Shown: positions 28,145 through 38,122, counted from the first letter of the stretch. The stretch is DNA of 64,000 nucleotides from Candidatus Binatia bacterium (GCA_035495855.1 DATJFD010000002.1:13365-77364); one strand, 5' to 3'. A program made the numbers and translations. The notes: generated by a model from the sequence alone, not told the origin.

Positions 28145-28720
28145 ATGTCCGATGTCCGCACATCCGAAAAAGCGCCGAAGTCCGTCGGCCTCGTCCAGGT
28201 CTACACCGGCGACGGGAAGGGAAAGACCACCGCTTCGCTCGGGATGGCCTTGCGCGCCGTGTCGCAGGGCATCCGCGTGGCCATCGTCCACTTCGACAAG
28301 GGCGGCACGCACTACGCCGAGCGGCAGGTCATCGCCGAGAAGTTCCCCGGGCAGATCGACCTGTTCGCCTGCGGGCTCGACCGCATCGATCCGAAGACGA
28401 ATCGGTTCCGCTTCGGCGTGACGCCGGAGGACAAGGCCGAGGCCGGGCGCGGGCTCGCACTCGTCCGCGACATCTTCCGGAAAGGGGAGCACGGGCTCGT
28501 CATCCTCGACGAGATCAACTGCACCGTGTCGCTGGGCATGCTCTCCGAAGAGGACGCGCTCGCGGTCATCGCCGAGAAGCCGCCCGCGACCGAGCTCGTC
28601 CTCACCGGCCGCCAGGCGCCGGCCTCGTTCCGCGAGCTGGCCGATCTCGTGACCGAGATGACGCTCGTGAAGCATTACTTCTACGAAGGGGTGCCGGCGC
28701 GGTACGGATTGGACTATTAG
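28145..28720 (+). CDS. cobO: cob(I)yrinic acid a,c-diamide / cob(I)alamin adenosyltransferase (CobO/BtuR type)
   Basis: VQVYTGDGKGKTTASLGMALRA...LDE motifs. Start taken at MSDVRTSEK. Confidence 0.85.
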   Translation: MSDVRTSEKAPKSVGLVQVYTGDGKGKTTASLGMALRAVSQGIRVAIVHFDKGGTHYAERQVIAEKFPGQIDLFACGLDRIDPKTNRFRFGVTPEDKAEAGRGLALVRDIFRKGEHGLVILDEINCTVSLGMLSEEDALAVIAEKPPATELVLTGRQAPASFRELADLVTEMTLVKHYFYEGVPARYGLDY

Positions 28721-28838
28721 AGGACAAAGGGCAGAGGACAGAGCTTAGAGGAATGCGAGACATTTCAAAAAACGCCCTGCGCAAGCAGGACGTTTTAGAA
28801 TGCCTATTCCTCTAAACTCTGCCCTCTGGCCTTTCGTC
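28719..28838. repeat. nested palindrome with conserved terminator core
   Basis: GAGGACAAAGGGCAGAGGACAGAGCTTAGAGGAA .. AAAAAACGCCCTGCGCAAGCAGGACGTTTT .. TTCCTCTAAACTCTGCCCTCTGG. Confidence 0.8.
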
Positions 28839-28898
28839 CATCTCGACAAAACCGCGAAAACATGCTCAACTGGAGCCGTCCTTTCTTGGAGGTGCGTC

Positions 28899-29117
28899 AT
28901 GCCGAAACCGCTCCGTTTCCTCGCCGCCGCCGTCGCGCTCATCGTGGTCATCGTCGCTCCCGTGTTCGCGTTCATCGGCCTCGTCGAGCTGGTCGCGGAC
29001 CGCCTGCTCCTGCAGGAGGGCATCACGTGGCCGTACCTGCTCATCTTCGGCGCTCCCGCGGCGATGCTCCTCATGCTCCTCGCGCTTCGCCGCCTGTACC
29101 CGCGCCACTTCAGCTGA
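28899..29117 (+). CDS. small (72 aa) two-TM membrane protein
   Basis: GGAGGT lies 6 nt upstream of the ATG. Two hydrophobic helices. Confidence 0.55.
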   Translation: MPKPLRFLAAAVALIVVIVAPVFAFIGLVELVADRLLLQEGITWPYLLIFGAPAAMLLMLLALRRLYPRHFS

Positions 29118-29261
29118 ACACCGCCTCAGGCGGTCTTTTTTTATCCCCAATTCGGGGACAGTCCCCGATGTGTGGATATCCACAACGGGGTCAGACCCCG
29201 CGGTGGACAAAGCGGCGGGGCCCGTGACAGGGTGAACGTAACGAACTCTTAACGACAGCCT

Positions 29262-29561
29262 ATGAGCCTCACCATCCTTTTCGCCTACGGAGAAGCCGCG
29301 TTCCATGTCTTCCTCGCCGCCGTCGCGCTGGGCGCGCTGCGCAAGTTCGGCCTCGGCGCCTGGCGCAACGTCGCCGCAGCCGTCGGCGCGGTGAAGATCG
29401 CGCAGGAGGCGGCCGTCACGGTCGCCGCCATCGCCATCGGACGGCCGCTCGAGCATCCCGGCGAGACCGTCGCCTGGGCGCTCACAGGAACGGCACTCGT
29501 GGTCATCGCCGTCTACGCCAGGATGCGGCAACATGCATGCTCCGAAGAAAGGAGAGTTTAG
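29262..29561 (+). CDS. small (99 aa) hydrophobic membrane protein
   Basis: Ala/Val-rich TM segments. No family recognised. Confidence 0.45.
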   Translation: MSLTILFAYGEAAFHVFLAAVALGALRKFGLGAWRNVAAAVGAVKIAQEAAVTVAAIAIGRPLEHPGETVAWALTGTALVVIAVYARMRQHACSEERRV

Positions 29562-29620
29562 GATTGAGAATTGAGAAGTCGGCTACGCTCTCAACTCTAA
29601 ACTCTCAATTCTCATTTCTC
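29552..29620. repeat. heptamer-word palindrome (ATTGAGA words)
   Basis: GAGAGTTTAGGATTGAGAATTGAGAAG .. CTCTCAACTCTAAACTCTCAATTCTC. Confidence 0.65.
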
Positions 29621-29729
29621 GTCAGGAAGACTGCGTGCGCGTCGACCGCTAGAGGAACGAAAGGCCGCTCCCGAGGGGGCGGCCCTTGCTTTTTCGGTCC
29701 GCGCGTGCGCAAGCTGGAGGCACGACCTT

Positions 29730-30236
29730 TTGAAGTCACCGAAGGGACGCGACGTGAAGAAATTCTTCCGGACGCTTTCGCTCGCCGCGGTCGGCATCGG
29801 CTCCACGCTCACGGGCTTCGCCTTCTACGAGGGCTGGCAGCGCGGCTTCTCGCTCGATCTCGAGCTCGGGAACTGGGACCCGTTCATCAAGGGCGCGACC
29901 GGCGCGGCCATCGCCGCGCTCGGCGCGGTCGCCTACCTGTACTTCGCGCACGCCGCGGAAGGCGGGCGCCGCCGCCACGCGCTCGCGAGGGCGCTCCGCG
30001 GGTTCGCCGCGTTGATGCTCTCCGGTCTCGAAATGCTCGGACTGCTCGCCGCGGTCTCCGCGTTCATCATCTTCCTGACGCTCGAGCGCGCGGGCGGCGG
30101 CGGCATCTGGGCGCTCGGCGTCTGCGCCTGCGGGATCGTGACGAACGTCGCGGCCCGGCCGCTCCTCACCTGGGCCAAGGGCGACACGCCGCCCCCGAAA
30201 GAGACGTCCGTCGCTTCGTTCGACGATCGCGATTGA
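29730..30236 (+). CDS. hypothetical 4-TM membrane protein
   Basis: TTG start 9 nt after GGAGG (alternative GTG at 29754). Hydrophobic segments. Confidence 0.5.
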   Translation: MKSPKGRDVKKFFRTLSLAAVGIGSTLTGFAFYEGWQRGFSLDLELGNWDPFIKGATGAAIAALGAVAYLYFAHAAEGGRRRHALARALRGFAALMLSGLEMLGLLAAVSAFIIFLTLERAGGGGIWALGVCACGIVTNVAARPLLTWAKGDTPPPKETSVASFDDRD

Positions 30237-30368
30237 GGGCCGCCCGGCCCTCTTTTTCCTCCTTCGCGATCTAGCCATGAGCCTTTCGCGGCGTTCGGCG
30301 AGACGAAACCCGTCGAAGCCTACGCGAAGAAGGTCCTAAAAACGCTTCGGAGGACTCCGCTCGCGCCC

Positions 30369-30587
30369 ATGCGCGAGCTTTTCATTTTTCGCCCGCGGTG
30401 CGATGATGCGGCCGCCGCAGCAGCGGCCGGAGGAACCGTGGACAAGGTCATCGCAGGCCTCTTCGTCATCCTCTTCTTCATCGGGTGCGCCTACGTCGGC
30501 TGGACCGCCGGCCGCGCGTACCCGTTGTGGCTCGTCCTTTTCTTTCTCTCGCTCGCAGCGCTGGTCATCCTCGACCGGCGGAGGTGA
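30369..30587 (+). CDS. small two-TM membrane protein (possibly only 49 aa from GTG 30438)
   Basis: GGAGGA lies upstream of GTG 30438. VIAGLFVILFFIGCAYVGW...LVLFFLSLAALVIL. Confidence 0.45.
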   Translation: MRELFIFRPRCDDAAAAAAAGGTVDKVIAGLFVILFFIGCAYVGWTAGRAYPLWLVLFFLSLAALVILDRRR

Positions 30588-30593
30588 ATCCCG

Positions 30594-30743
30594 ATGCGCA
30601 CAGTGATGATCGCGGCGGTCTTCGCCGCTTCGCTCGCCGCAGGCTACCTGCTCGGCACCAGGCTTCCCGTCTGGGTCGCCGTTCCGGTCGTGGTCGCCGC
30701 GGCCCTCTACGCGCGGCACCGCCTCGTGTCCGGCGGCCGATGA
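30594..30743 (+). CDS. 49-aa two-TM membrane miniprotein
   Basis: GGAGGTGA lies 6 nt upstream. The sequence is MRTVMIAAVFAASLAAGYLLGTRLPVWVAVPVVVAAALYARHRLVSGGR. It is not in the ORF track because it is under 60 aa. Confidence 0.5.
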   Translation: MRTVMIAAVFAASLAAGYLLGTRLPVWVAVPVVVAAALYARHRLVSGGR

Positions 30744-30973
30744 ACGCGCCCGCCCGTTCGCCGCTCAAGCCCTGGCGCAAGTTCCGCGCCGCGCTCATGG
30801 CCTTCCTGGCCCTGAAGCTCTCGGGCTGGTCGCCGTTGACCGACGCCTGGCAGCGCACGGCGCTTGCCGTCGCCGCGATGACGCTCATCTTCCTGGCCGC
30901 GCTCCGTTTCGAGCGCTGGATCCAGGACCAGCGTGAAGCGGCCGAACGACCTTCCGATCCCAAGGACCCTTGA
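30740..30973 (+). CDS. 77-aa two-TM membrane protein
   Basis: Its ATGA overlaps the previous stop. Starts at MNAPARSPLKPWRKF. Confidence 0.5.
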   Translation: MNAPARSPLKPWRKFRAALMAFLALKLSGWSPLTDAWQRTALAVAAMTLIFLAALRFERWIQDQREAAERPSDPKDP

Positions 30974-31085
30974 CCGGGTCCTTTTCTTTTCCTTTGGAAA
31001 ACTATGCCCTGTAGTGCTATACTGTCGGCGTTGCGTCCGCTTGTGGAAAAGCGGCTCCGCGGATAATTCCTTCATCAACGCACTT

Positions 31086-32390
<1,305 letters not shown>

Positions 32391-32402
32391 GGTTCGAAGA
32401 GA

Positions 32403-32431
32403 AAAATCCTGCCTTCGGGCAGGATTTTTTG
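32403..32431. terminator. bidirectional intrinsic terminator
   Basis: AAAAATCCTGCC-ttcg-GGCAGGATTTTTT. Confidence 0.8.
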
Positions 32432-32450
32432 TAGGAGTCCGGTCATGGAG

Positions 32451-32993
32451 CTAGATCCCGAGGCCGCGGAGGAAGGGGAAGCGGCGCAGGATGCGCGTGA
32501 CAATGCGGGCCTTCGGCAGCGGCCGCGGCGCCGGGGCGGGCAGCAGTGCCGCGCGGCCGGGCGCCTTCGAGGCCCAGTCCGCGAGCGCGGCGCGCGTCGC
32601 GTCTTCGGCGAACCTCGCGGACCACATCAGGTCGGCGGGGTGCGACCGCGCGTCGAGTTCGCCGGTCCTGACGGCTTCCTCGCGGCTCCAGCTCATCCGC
32701 GCCGTTGGAGGCGACGGTCGCGAGAAGTCCGCCGCGGACCGGACCGGCTTGCCCGCGAGATGCCCGGCGATCGAGCCGGCGATGATCTTCTCAAGGCCCG
32801 GGGAATCCTGGTCCTCGACGTGGCATCGCGCTTCGGCGATGTGCCCGTCGCGGACGCGGACCTGCAGGCGGATCCGGACGTCCCAGAGAAAGTTGGAGCC
32901 GTGGTCGGCGGTGCCGACGTCGGGGTCCTCGGGGTCGAACCAGCCGCCCGCGTGCGGAGCGGGCCACTGCGCGATGGTGATGCCTTCTTGCAT
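32451..32993 (-). CDS. IscU/NifU N-terminal-like paralog lacking all three cluster-ligand cysteines
   Basis: GAGGAGG lies 5 nt upstream of the ATG. It aligns by eye to the adjacent IscU: FDPEDPDVGTADHGSNFLWDV vs LDKEDEDVGTGLVGAPACGDV, and FAEDATRAALADW vs LAEDAVKAAIADW. Confidence 0.6.
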   Translation of the reverse strand: MQEGITIAQWPAPHAGGWFDPEDPDVGTADHGSNFLWDVRIRLQVRVRDGHIAEARCHVEDQDSPGLEKIIAGSIAGHLAGKPVRSAADFSRPSPPTARMSWSREEAVRTGELDARSHPADLMWSARFAEDATRAALADWASKAPGRAALLPAPAPRPLPKARIVTRILRRFPFLRGLGI

Positions 32994-33074
32994 GATGCCT
33001 CCTCGGAAGGTGCGACGCCGCACCCTAGCACGGGTCCCCGAAAAGAAAAAGACCCCGACATGCATCGGGGCCGT

Positions 33075-33647
33075 TCAGCAGCCGTCGGGATCGCCCCCGA
33101 CGGGATCGTTCCTGCCGGGCGCGGCCGGGTCCGGCGGGTTCGCCGGAGGGTCCTGCGACGGGCCGTGCGGGCCGGAGGCGCCGTCCTCGGCGACGGGCGT
33201 CGCCGGGAATTCCGGCGGCAGCGGCGACGGAGGCGCGGGCGGCTCGGGAGGCGCGGCGGCGAGCCTGGCCGCGCGCTTGCGCTTCCAGTCCGCGATGGCC
33301 GCCTTCACGGCATCCTCGGCGAGCACCGAGCAGTGGATCTTCACGGGCGGGAGCGAGAGCTCCTCGACGATCTCGGAGTTCTTGATCGTCAGGGCCTCCT
33401 CGACCGTCATTCCTTTCACCCATTCGGTGACGAGCGACGAGCTGGCGATCGCGGAACCGCAGCCGAAGGTCTTGAACTTGGCGTCCACGATGACGCCGTC
33501 ATCGCCGATCCTGATCTGGAGGCGCATGACGTCGCCGCAGGCCGGCGCGCCGACGAGCCCCGTGCCGACGTCCTCGTCTTCCTTGTCGAGCGTGCCGACG
33601 TTGCGGGGATTCTCGTAATGGTCGATGACCTTGTCCGAATAGCCCAT
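33075..33647 (-). CDS. iscU: Fe-S cluster assembly scaffold IscU/NifU-like with Pro-rich C-terminal extension
   Basis: GAPACGD, GCGSAIASSS and HCSVLAEDA motifs, plus an additional Pro-rich tail of about 60 aa. Confidence 0.85.
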   Translation of the reverse strand: MGYSDKVIDHYENPRNVGTLDKEDEDVGTGLVGAPACGDVMRLQIRIGDDGVIVDAKFKTFGCGSAIASSSLVTEWVKGMTVEEALTIKNSEIVEELSLPPVKIHCSVLAEDAVKAAIADWKRKRAARLAAAPPEPPAPPSPLPPEFPATPVAEDGASGPHGPSQDPPANPPDPAAPGRNDPVGGDPDGC

Positions 33648-33753
33648 CCGAACACCTCCTCATCGGAAAAATGAACGCGCGGGAAGGATACTGGTGCGGC
33701 GGGCGCGGGTCAATGCGGTTCCGAAACCGGAAGAAAAATGGTACAATGACCGC

Positions 33754-34923
33754 ATGTCTGAGCAAAACCGCAAACTTCTCTCCACCCTGGTCCTGAGCGC
33801 CGCGGCCATCGCCATCGCCCTTTTCGCCGCGCAGAACATCGTGCTGCAGACCGTGAAGACCGCTCCGTTCGTGCCCGGCAAGCTCGTCCCCCCGACCCCG
33901 TCCGCGGCCGTGCCGCCCGGCGCGCCGAAGGAGCCCGTCACCGTGCTCGAAGACCTGCGCGTGCCCTGGGAGGTTGTCGATGCCGGCGGCGGAGCGTTCC
34001 TCGTGACCGAGCGGCCCGGCTCCGTGCGCCGCTTCGTGCCGGGCGGCGAGCAGCGCACCTACGCCATCCCGAACGTGGCCGACACCGGCGAAGGCGGGCT
34101 CATGGGCATGACCTTCTCGCCGGACCGCAAGTATCTCTACCTCTACATGACCGGCCGCAAAGGCATCGCCGGCCTGACCGTGGTCAACCGGGTCATCCGC
34201 TACGCCTGGACCGACGCGGGGCCGAAGGAGGACAAGGTCATCCTCGACGACATCCCGAGCCAGATCTATCACGACGGCGGCCGCATCGCCTTCGGGCCCG
34301 ACGGCATGCTCTACGTCGCGACCGGCGACGCGGGGAATTCGAGGAACGCGCAGAACACGAGTTCGCTCTCCGGGAAGATCCTGCGCATCACCGCCGACGG
34401 CGGCATCCCCGCGGACAATCCGTTCGGCAACGCCGTCTGGTCATACGGGCATCGCAACGTGCAGGGCCTCGCCTGGGACGACAAGGGCCGGCTCTGGGCG
34501 ACGGAGCACGGCCGCTCGGGCGCGCAGAGCGGCTTCGACGAGCTCAACCTCATCGTGAAGGGCGGCAACTACGGCTGGCCGGACATCCAAGGCGATCAGA
34601 AGAAAGCGGGGATGATCACGCCGGTCATCAATTCCGGACCGGACGTGACCTGGGCGCCTTCCGGCCTCGCCTGGCTCGACGGCTCGCTCTGGTTCGCGGG
34701 GCTGCGGGGCGAGACGCTCTACGAAGCGGTCCCGTCCGCGGATGGGAAGAGCGTCGACTTCCGCGAGCATCTCAAGGGACAGTACGGCCGCCTGCGCGCG
34801 GTGCAGCCTATCGGCGGCCGCCTCTACGTCACCACGTCGAACACCGACGGCCGCGGCAAGCCGAGGCCGGGCGACGATCGCATTCTCGAGATCGACCCCG
34901 CCTTCTTCCGCCAGGCCCGGTGA
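33754..34923 (+). CDS. PQQ-dependent sugar (glucose/sorbosone) dehydrogenase family beta-propeller protein
   Basis: YHDGGRIAFGPDGMLYV, GKILRI...IPADNPF, SYGHRNVQGLAWD and NYGWP motifs. A TGgTACAAT box lies 6 nt upstream of the ATG. Confidence 0.8.
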   Translation: MSEQNRKLLSTLVLSAAAIAIALFAAQNIVLQTVKTAPFVPGKLVPPTPSAAVPPGAPKEPVTVLEDLRVPWEVVDAGGGAFLVTERPGSVRRFVPGGEQRTYAIPNVADTGEGGLMGMTFSPDRKYLYLYMTGRKGIAGLTVVNRVIRYAWTDAGPKEDKVILDDIPSQIYHDGGRIAFGPDGMLYVATGDAGNSRNAQNTSSLSGKILRITADGGIPADNPFGNAVWSYGHRNVQGLAWDDKGRLWATEHGRSGAQSGFDELNLIVKGGNYGWPDIQGDQKKAGMITPVINSGPDVTWAPSGLAWLDGSLWFAGLRGETLYEAVPSADGKSVDFREHLKGQYGRLRAVQPIGGRLYVTTSNTDGRGKPRPGDDRILEIDPAFFRQAR

Positions 34924-34927
34924 TCCT

Positions 34928-35521
34928 ATGCGGTTCTTCGCCGCGCTCGGGAAAAACCTCCGCGAAGGCGCCTGGTTCCCGTGGCTGCGGTTCCTCACCG
35001 TCGTCATCGTCTTCGTGCTCGGCATCTGGCTCGGCCGCATCGCGCTCCGGAACGACGTCGTCGGCGAGCTGGTGCATCGCTTCGGGTACGTAGGCCTTTT
35101 CTTCGTCTCGCTGGTCGCCGGCTTCAACGTCGTCGTGCCGATACCGGCGGTCGCTTTCATCCCGCTCTACCTCGCGGCCGGCATGGCCTTCTGGCCGATG
35201 ACGCTCGTCATGGTCGCGGGCGAGACGATCGCCGACCTGCTGTCCGTCTGGCTCGGCCGCACCGGCCGCGAGCTCGACAACGTCAGGCACGCGCGGACCG
35301 TGAAGCGGCTTGAGCGCTTCCGCAAGAAGCATTTCTGGGCGCCGCTCGGCCTGATGTTCGCCTTCGCCTCGGCGGCGCCGTTCCCCAACGAGGTCCTGGC
35401 CATCCCTCTCGGCATAATGGGGTATCGCGTCTGGCAGGTCGCCATCCCCATCTTCTGCGGCAACCTGGTCTTCACCGCCGTCACGGCCTACGCGCTGCGC
35501 GCCGTGCTCTGGGGCCTCTGA
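34928..35521 (+). CDS. DedA/VTT (SNARE-associated) family membrane protein
   Basis: Polytopic protein with the general pattern of the family (VGLFFVSLVAGFNVVVPIP...). Confidence 0.55.
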   Translation: MRFFAALGKNLREGAWFPWLRFLTVVIVFVLGIWLGRIALRNDVVGELVHRFGYVGLFFVSLVAGFNVVVPIPAVAFIPLYLAAGMAFWPMTLVMVAGETIADLLSVWLGRTGRELDNVRHARTVKRLERFRKKHFWAPLGLMFAFASAAPFPNEVLAIPLGIMGYRVWQVAIPIFCGNLVFTAVTAYALRAVLWGL

Positions 35522-35562
35522 AAAAACAAGACCCCCGATGTGCATCGGGGGTTTTCGGTCCC

Positions 35563-36024
35563 TCAGGAGAGGACCGTGGCGGCGGGTTCGTCGACGGGCG
35601 TCCCGTCCCAGGCGGCGACGTGGTAGCCGGGCACGGCCAGGAACTGGCCGGTCGGGGTCGAGGCGAGCAGGTCGATCGCGCCGGGCCGAGGCACGAAGGC
35701 CACGCTCTGGAGCGCGATGAGCTTGTCGCCGTCGAGGAAGACGGTGAAGCCGCAGCGCAGCGACTTCGGGATGCGCCCGCGCTGCCGCTTGTCGCGCGGC
35801 GTCCAGATGACGAACATGTCGCCCTCGGAGTCGACGGAGCGCTCGATGCGCTCGCGGATCTCGCGGAACTCCTCGGCGGTCCCGTCGAAACCGATCCGGC
35901 AGCCGTCGAAGCTCCAGTCGCCCGAGAGCACGCACCAGAGCCGTTCCACGGCCGTGGGCACTTTGAGGTCGTCGAGCAGGCGCTTGATGGCGCCATGGTC
36001 TTGCAGAATGAGCGGATGGTTCAT
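35563..36024 (-). CDS. hypothetical protein
   Basis: GGGAGGA lies 6 nt upstream of the ATG. 153 aa. No family recognised. Confidence 0.5.
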   Translation of the reverse strand: MNHPLILQDHGAIKRLLDDLKVPTAVERLWCVLSGDWSFDGCRIGFDGTAEEFREIRERIERSVDSEGDMFVIWTPRDKRQRGRIPKSLRCGFTVFLDGDKLIALQSVAFVPRPGAIDLLASTPTGQFLAVPGYHVAAWDGTPVDEPAATVLS

Positions 36025-36157
36025 GGCTTTTCCTCCCGTGAGATGTGGCGCGCCTAGAACGGGACACCTTGCCACGACAGGGTCCCGCTGTCAAGATAAG
36101 GCGGCGCTGGAAGGCGCAGTTCTTTCATCCCGCACCAAGGTTCCAAGGAGAAGGACC

Positions 36158-36523
36158 ATGTCCGACCAGAAGGCGACTTCCGGAGACAAGAAGGCCGATG
36201 CCGCGACCAAGCCGCTCGAAAAGGAGAAGATCGACGTCAGCGTGACGCCGAAGCAGGGCGGCGACAAGAAGCAGACCCAGGACAACCGACAGTACGCTGA
36301 CAAGGTGAAGAAGAGCCTCGAGAACGACGTCAAGAAGTCCCTCGACGGCGCCAAGCAGGACGGCGCCAAGAAGCAGCTCGACGCCGCCGAGAAGACCGCG
36401 CAGGACGCCGGCAAGAAGATCGACCCCTCCAAGATCGAGAAGGTCAAGGTGAAGGTCGAAGGCGAGGCCGGCGGCGAGAAGGTCAAGCGCGAGACCGTCG
36501 TCGCCCCCAAGAAGGAGAGCTGA
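36158..36523 (+). CDS. Lys/Asp-rich low-complexity hypothetical protein
   Basis: AAGGAG lies upstream of the ATG. 121 aa and highly charged. Confidence 0.5.
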   Translation: MSDQKATSGDKKADAATKPLEKEKIDVSVTPKQGGDKKQTQDNRQYADKVKKSLENDVKKSLDGAKQDGAKKQLDAAEKTAQDAGKKIDPSKIEKVKVKVEGEAGGEKVKRETVVAPKKES

Positions 36524-36637
36524 TGCGCTTTCGTCGCTCGAAGACGCGCACCCGAGCCCCGGCGCTTGTCGGGGTTTTCATTTTGTCCGGACGGCCCGCT
36601 CGACACGGCGGGCGGCCCGCGTTATCCTTCCTTCGTT

Positions 36638-37159
36638 ATGTGGTTCAGGCGCAGACAGGACACGACGATGGCCGACGATGCCGTGCTGGCGCTCGGCCTG
36701 CTCGGCATGGCCTTCATGGGGTACCTCTCGTACCTCCACTTCAAGACGACGCCGGGCAGCTCGTTCTGCAATTTCGGCGCGCATTTCTCCTGCGAGATCG
36801 TGAACAAGAGCGTCTATGCCGAGCTGTTCGGCGTGCCGCTGGCCTTCATGGGCTTCGCGTACTTCGCGTTCGTCGCGGCGCTCGCGACCTCCGCGTATCC
36901 GTGGCGGCACCGCGCCATCCTGCTGGCCTCGGTGTTCTCCATCGTCTTCTCGCTGCGCCTGTCCTTCGTCGAGCTGTTCGTCCTCGGCGCCATCTGCGCG
37001 TTCTGCGAAGCCTCGAAGGTCGTGATGTTCGCGATCATCGGGCTGACCGCCCGCTCCGTCATCCGGGCCAGGGAACGTCTGCCGCTCGGCGGCATCGCCT
37101 GGGCGCTCTTCGCCGGCGCCGTCTTCACCGCCGCCGCCCGATACTTCCAGGCTTCCTAA
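36638..37159 (+). CDS. vitamin K epoxide reductase (VKOR) family membrane protein
   Basis: Loop Cys pair (FCNFGAHFSC) and the CAFC active-site motif in the last TM region. Confidence 0.75.
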   Translation: MWFRRRQDTTMADDAVLALGLLGMAFMGYLSYLHFKTTPGSSFCNFGAHFSCEIVNKSVYAELFGVPLAFMGFAYFAFVAALATSAYPWRHRAILLASVFSIVFSLRLSFVELFVLGAICAFCEASKVVMFAIIGLTARSVIRARERLPLGGIAWALFAGAVFTAAARYFQAS

Positions 37160-37165
37160 CTGCTT

Positions 37166-37378
37166 CATCGAAGCCGAGTTCAGAGATCCCGCGAGAAATC
37201 CGGCCCGTCCGAGACAGCGGGGCGGATCCTTTTTTTGAGGCCGGATTTCCGTGCCCTACTTCTCCGGCGGCCATGAAGAGCACCGCGGGTGGCGCGGGAA
37301 TGGGGTCCCCGCTCGCGCGTATTTGCGAAGCAAAACGCACGTGCGGGGTTATTCCCGCGACAGGACCCGCGGGGTTCA
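37166..37378 (+). repeat. structured repeat family, copy B
   Basis: CATCGAAGCCGAGTTCAGAGATCCCGCGAGAAATCCGGCC, then a loop, GGCCGGATTTCC ... ACCGCGGGTGGCGCGGGAAT ... ATTCCCGCGACAGGACCCGCGGG. Confidence 0.8.
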
Positions 37379-37408
37379 TCACCGCTTCGTCATGCTATAA
37401 TGAAAACC

Positions 37409-38122
37409 ATGAACAGCATCTTCTTCCTCGCCATCGCGGCCGGATTCCTGACCATCCTCGCGCCCTGCATCCTGCCGGTGCTGCCGTTCCTGCTCGGCAC
37501 GAGCGGCGGCCGCTCGAAGCTCCGGCCGGTGATGATCATCATCGGCTTCGTGCTGAGCTTCAGCGTGCTCGGCGCGGCCTTCGCCACGGCCGGGACCTTC
37601 CTCGGCGTCTCGAACGGCGCGATCCGCACGGTGGCGGTCGTGCTGCTCCTGCTTTTCGGCCTGGCGCTCCTCTTCGAGAGCGTCTACGACAAGGCCATGG
37701 CCCGGCTGCAGCCCGTCCTCGCGCGCTGGAGCGCGAAGGTCGCGGGCAAGGCGGCCATCAAGACCGACGCGCTCTCCGGCCTGCTCGTAGGCGTGTCGCT
37801 CGGCCTCGTCTGGACGCCCTGCGCCGGCCCCATCCTCGGCTCCATCCTCACGCTCGCGAGCCGCACCGCCGACTACGTCACGACACTGCTCCTGATGTTC
37901 GCCTACGCGCTCGGCGCGGGCGCGCCGATGCTCGCCATAGCCTACGGCGGCAACGCGCTGCAGCGCCGCCTGCTGAAGTTCGGCAAATGGCAGTCGGTCC
38001 TCAACAAGGTCTTCGGGGTCCTCGTCGTCGCCATGGCGATCCTCATCCTCACGGGCTACGACCTCATCCTGCAGGCCTGGCTGATCCAGTTCTACCCTTC
38101 ATCCTTCACCGGCAAGCTATGA
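37409..38122 (+). CDS. ccdA: cytochrome c biogenesis / thiol-disulfide electron transporter CcdA (DsbD core)
   Basis: ILAPCILPVLPF and WTPCAGPILG motifs. A TGCTATAAT box ends 7 nt before ATG 37409. An alternative ATG at 37400 lies inside the -10 box. Confidence 0.85.
   Translation: MNSIFFLAIAAGFLTILAPCILPVLPFLLGTSGGRSKLRPVMIIIGFVLSFSVLGAAFATAGTFLGVSNGAIRTVAVVLLLLFGLALLFESVYDKAMARLQPVLARWSAKVAGKAAIKTDALSGLLVGVSLGLVWTPCAGPILGSILTLASRTADYVTTLLLMFAYALGAGAPMLAIAYGGNALQRRLLKFGKWQSVLNKVFGVLVVAMAILILTGYDLILQAWLIQFYPSSFTGKL

Noticed and set aside
37166-37378. Structured repeat considered as a T-box or other riboswitch (AGAGA near the 5' end; ACCGCGGGTGG vaguely like a T-box).
   Set aside because: The motif order is wrong for a T-box. 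Copy B ends upstream of the ccdA -10 box. Copy C is not upstream of any same-strand gene, and copy A is inverted. No amino-acid or cofactor gene context exists.
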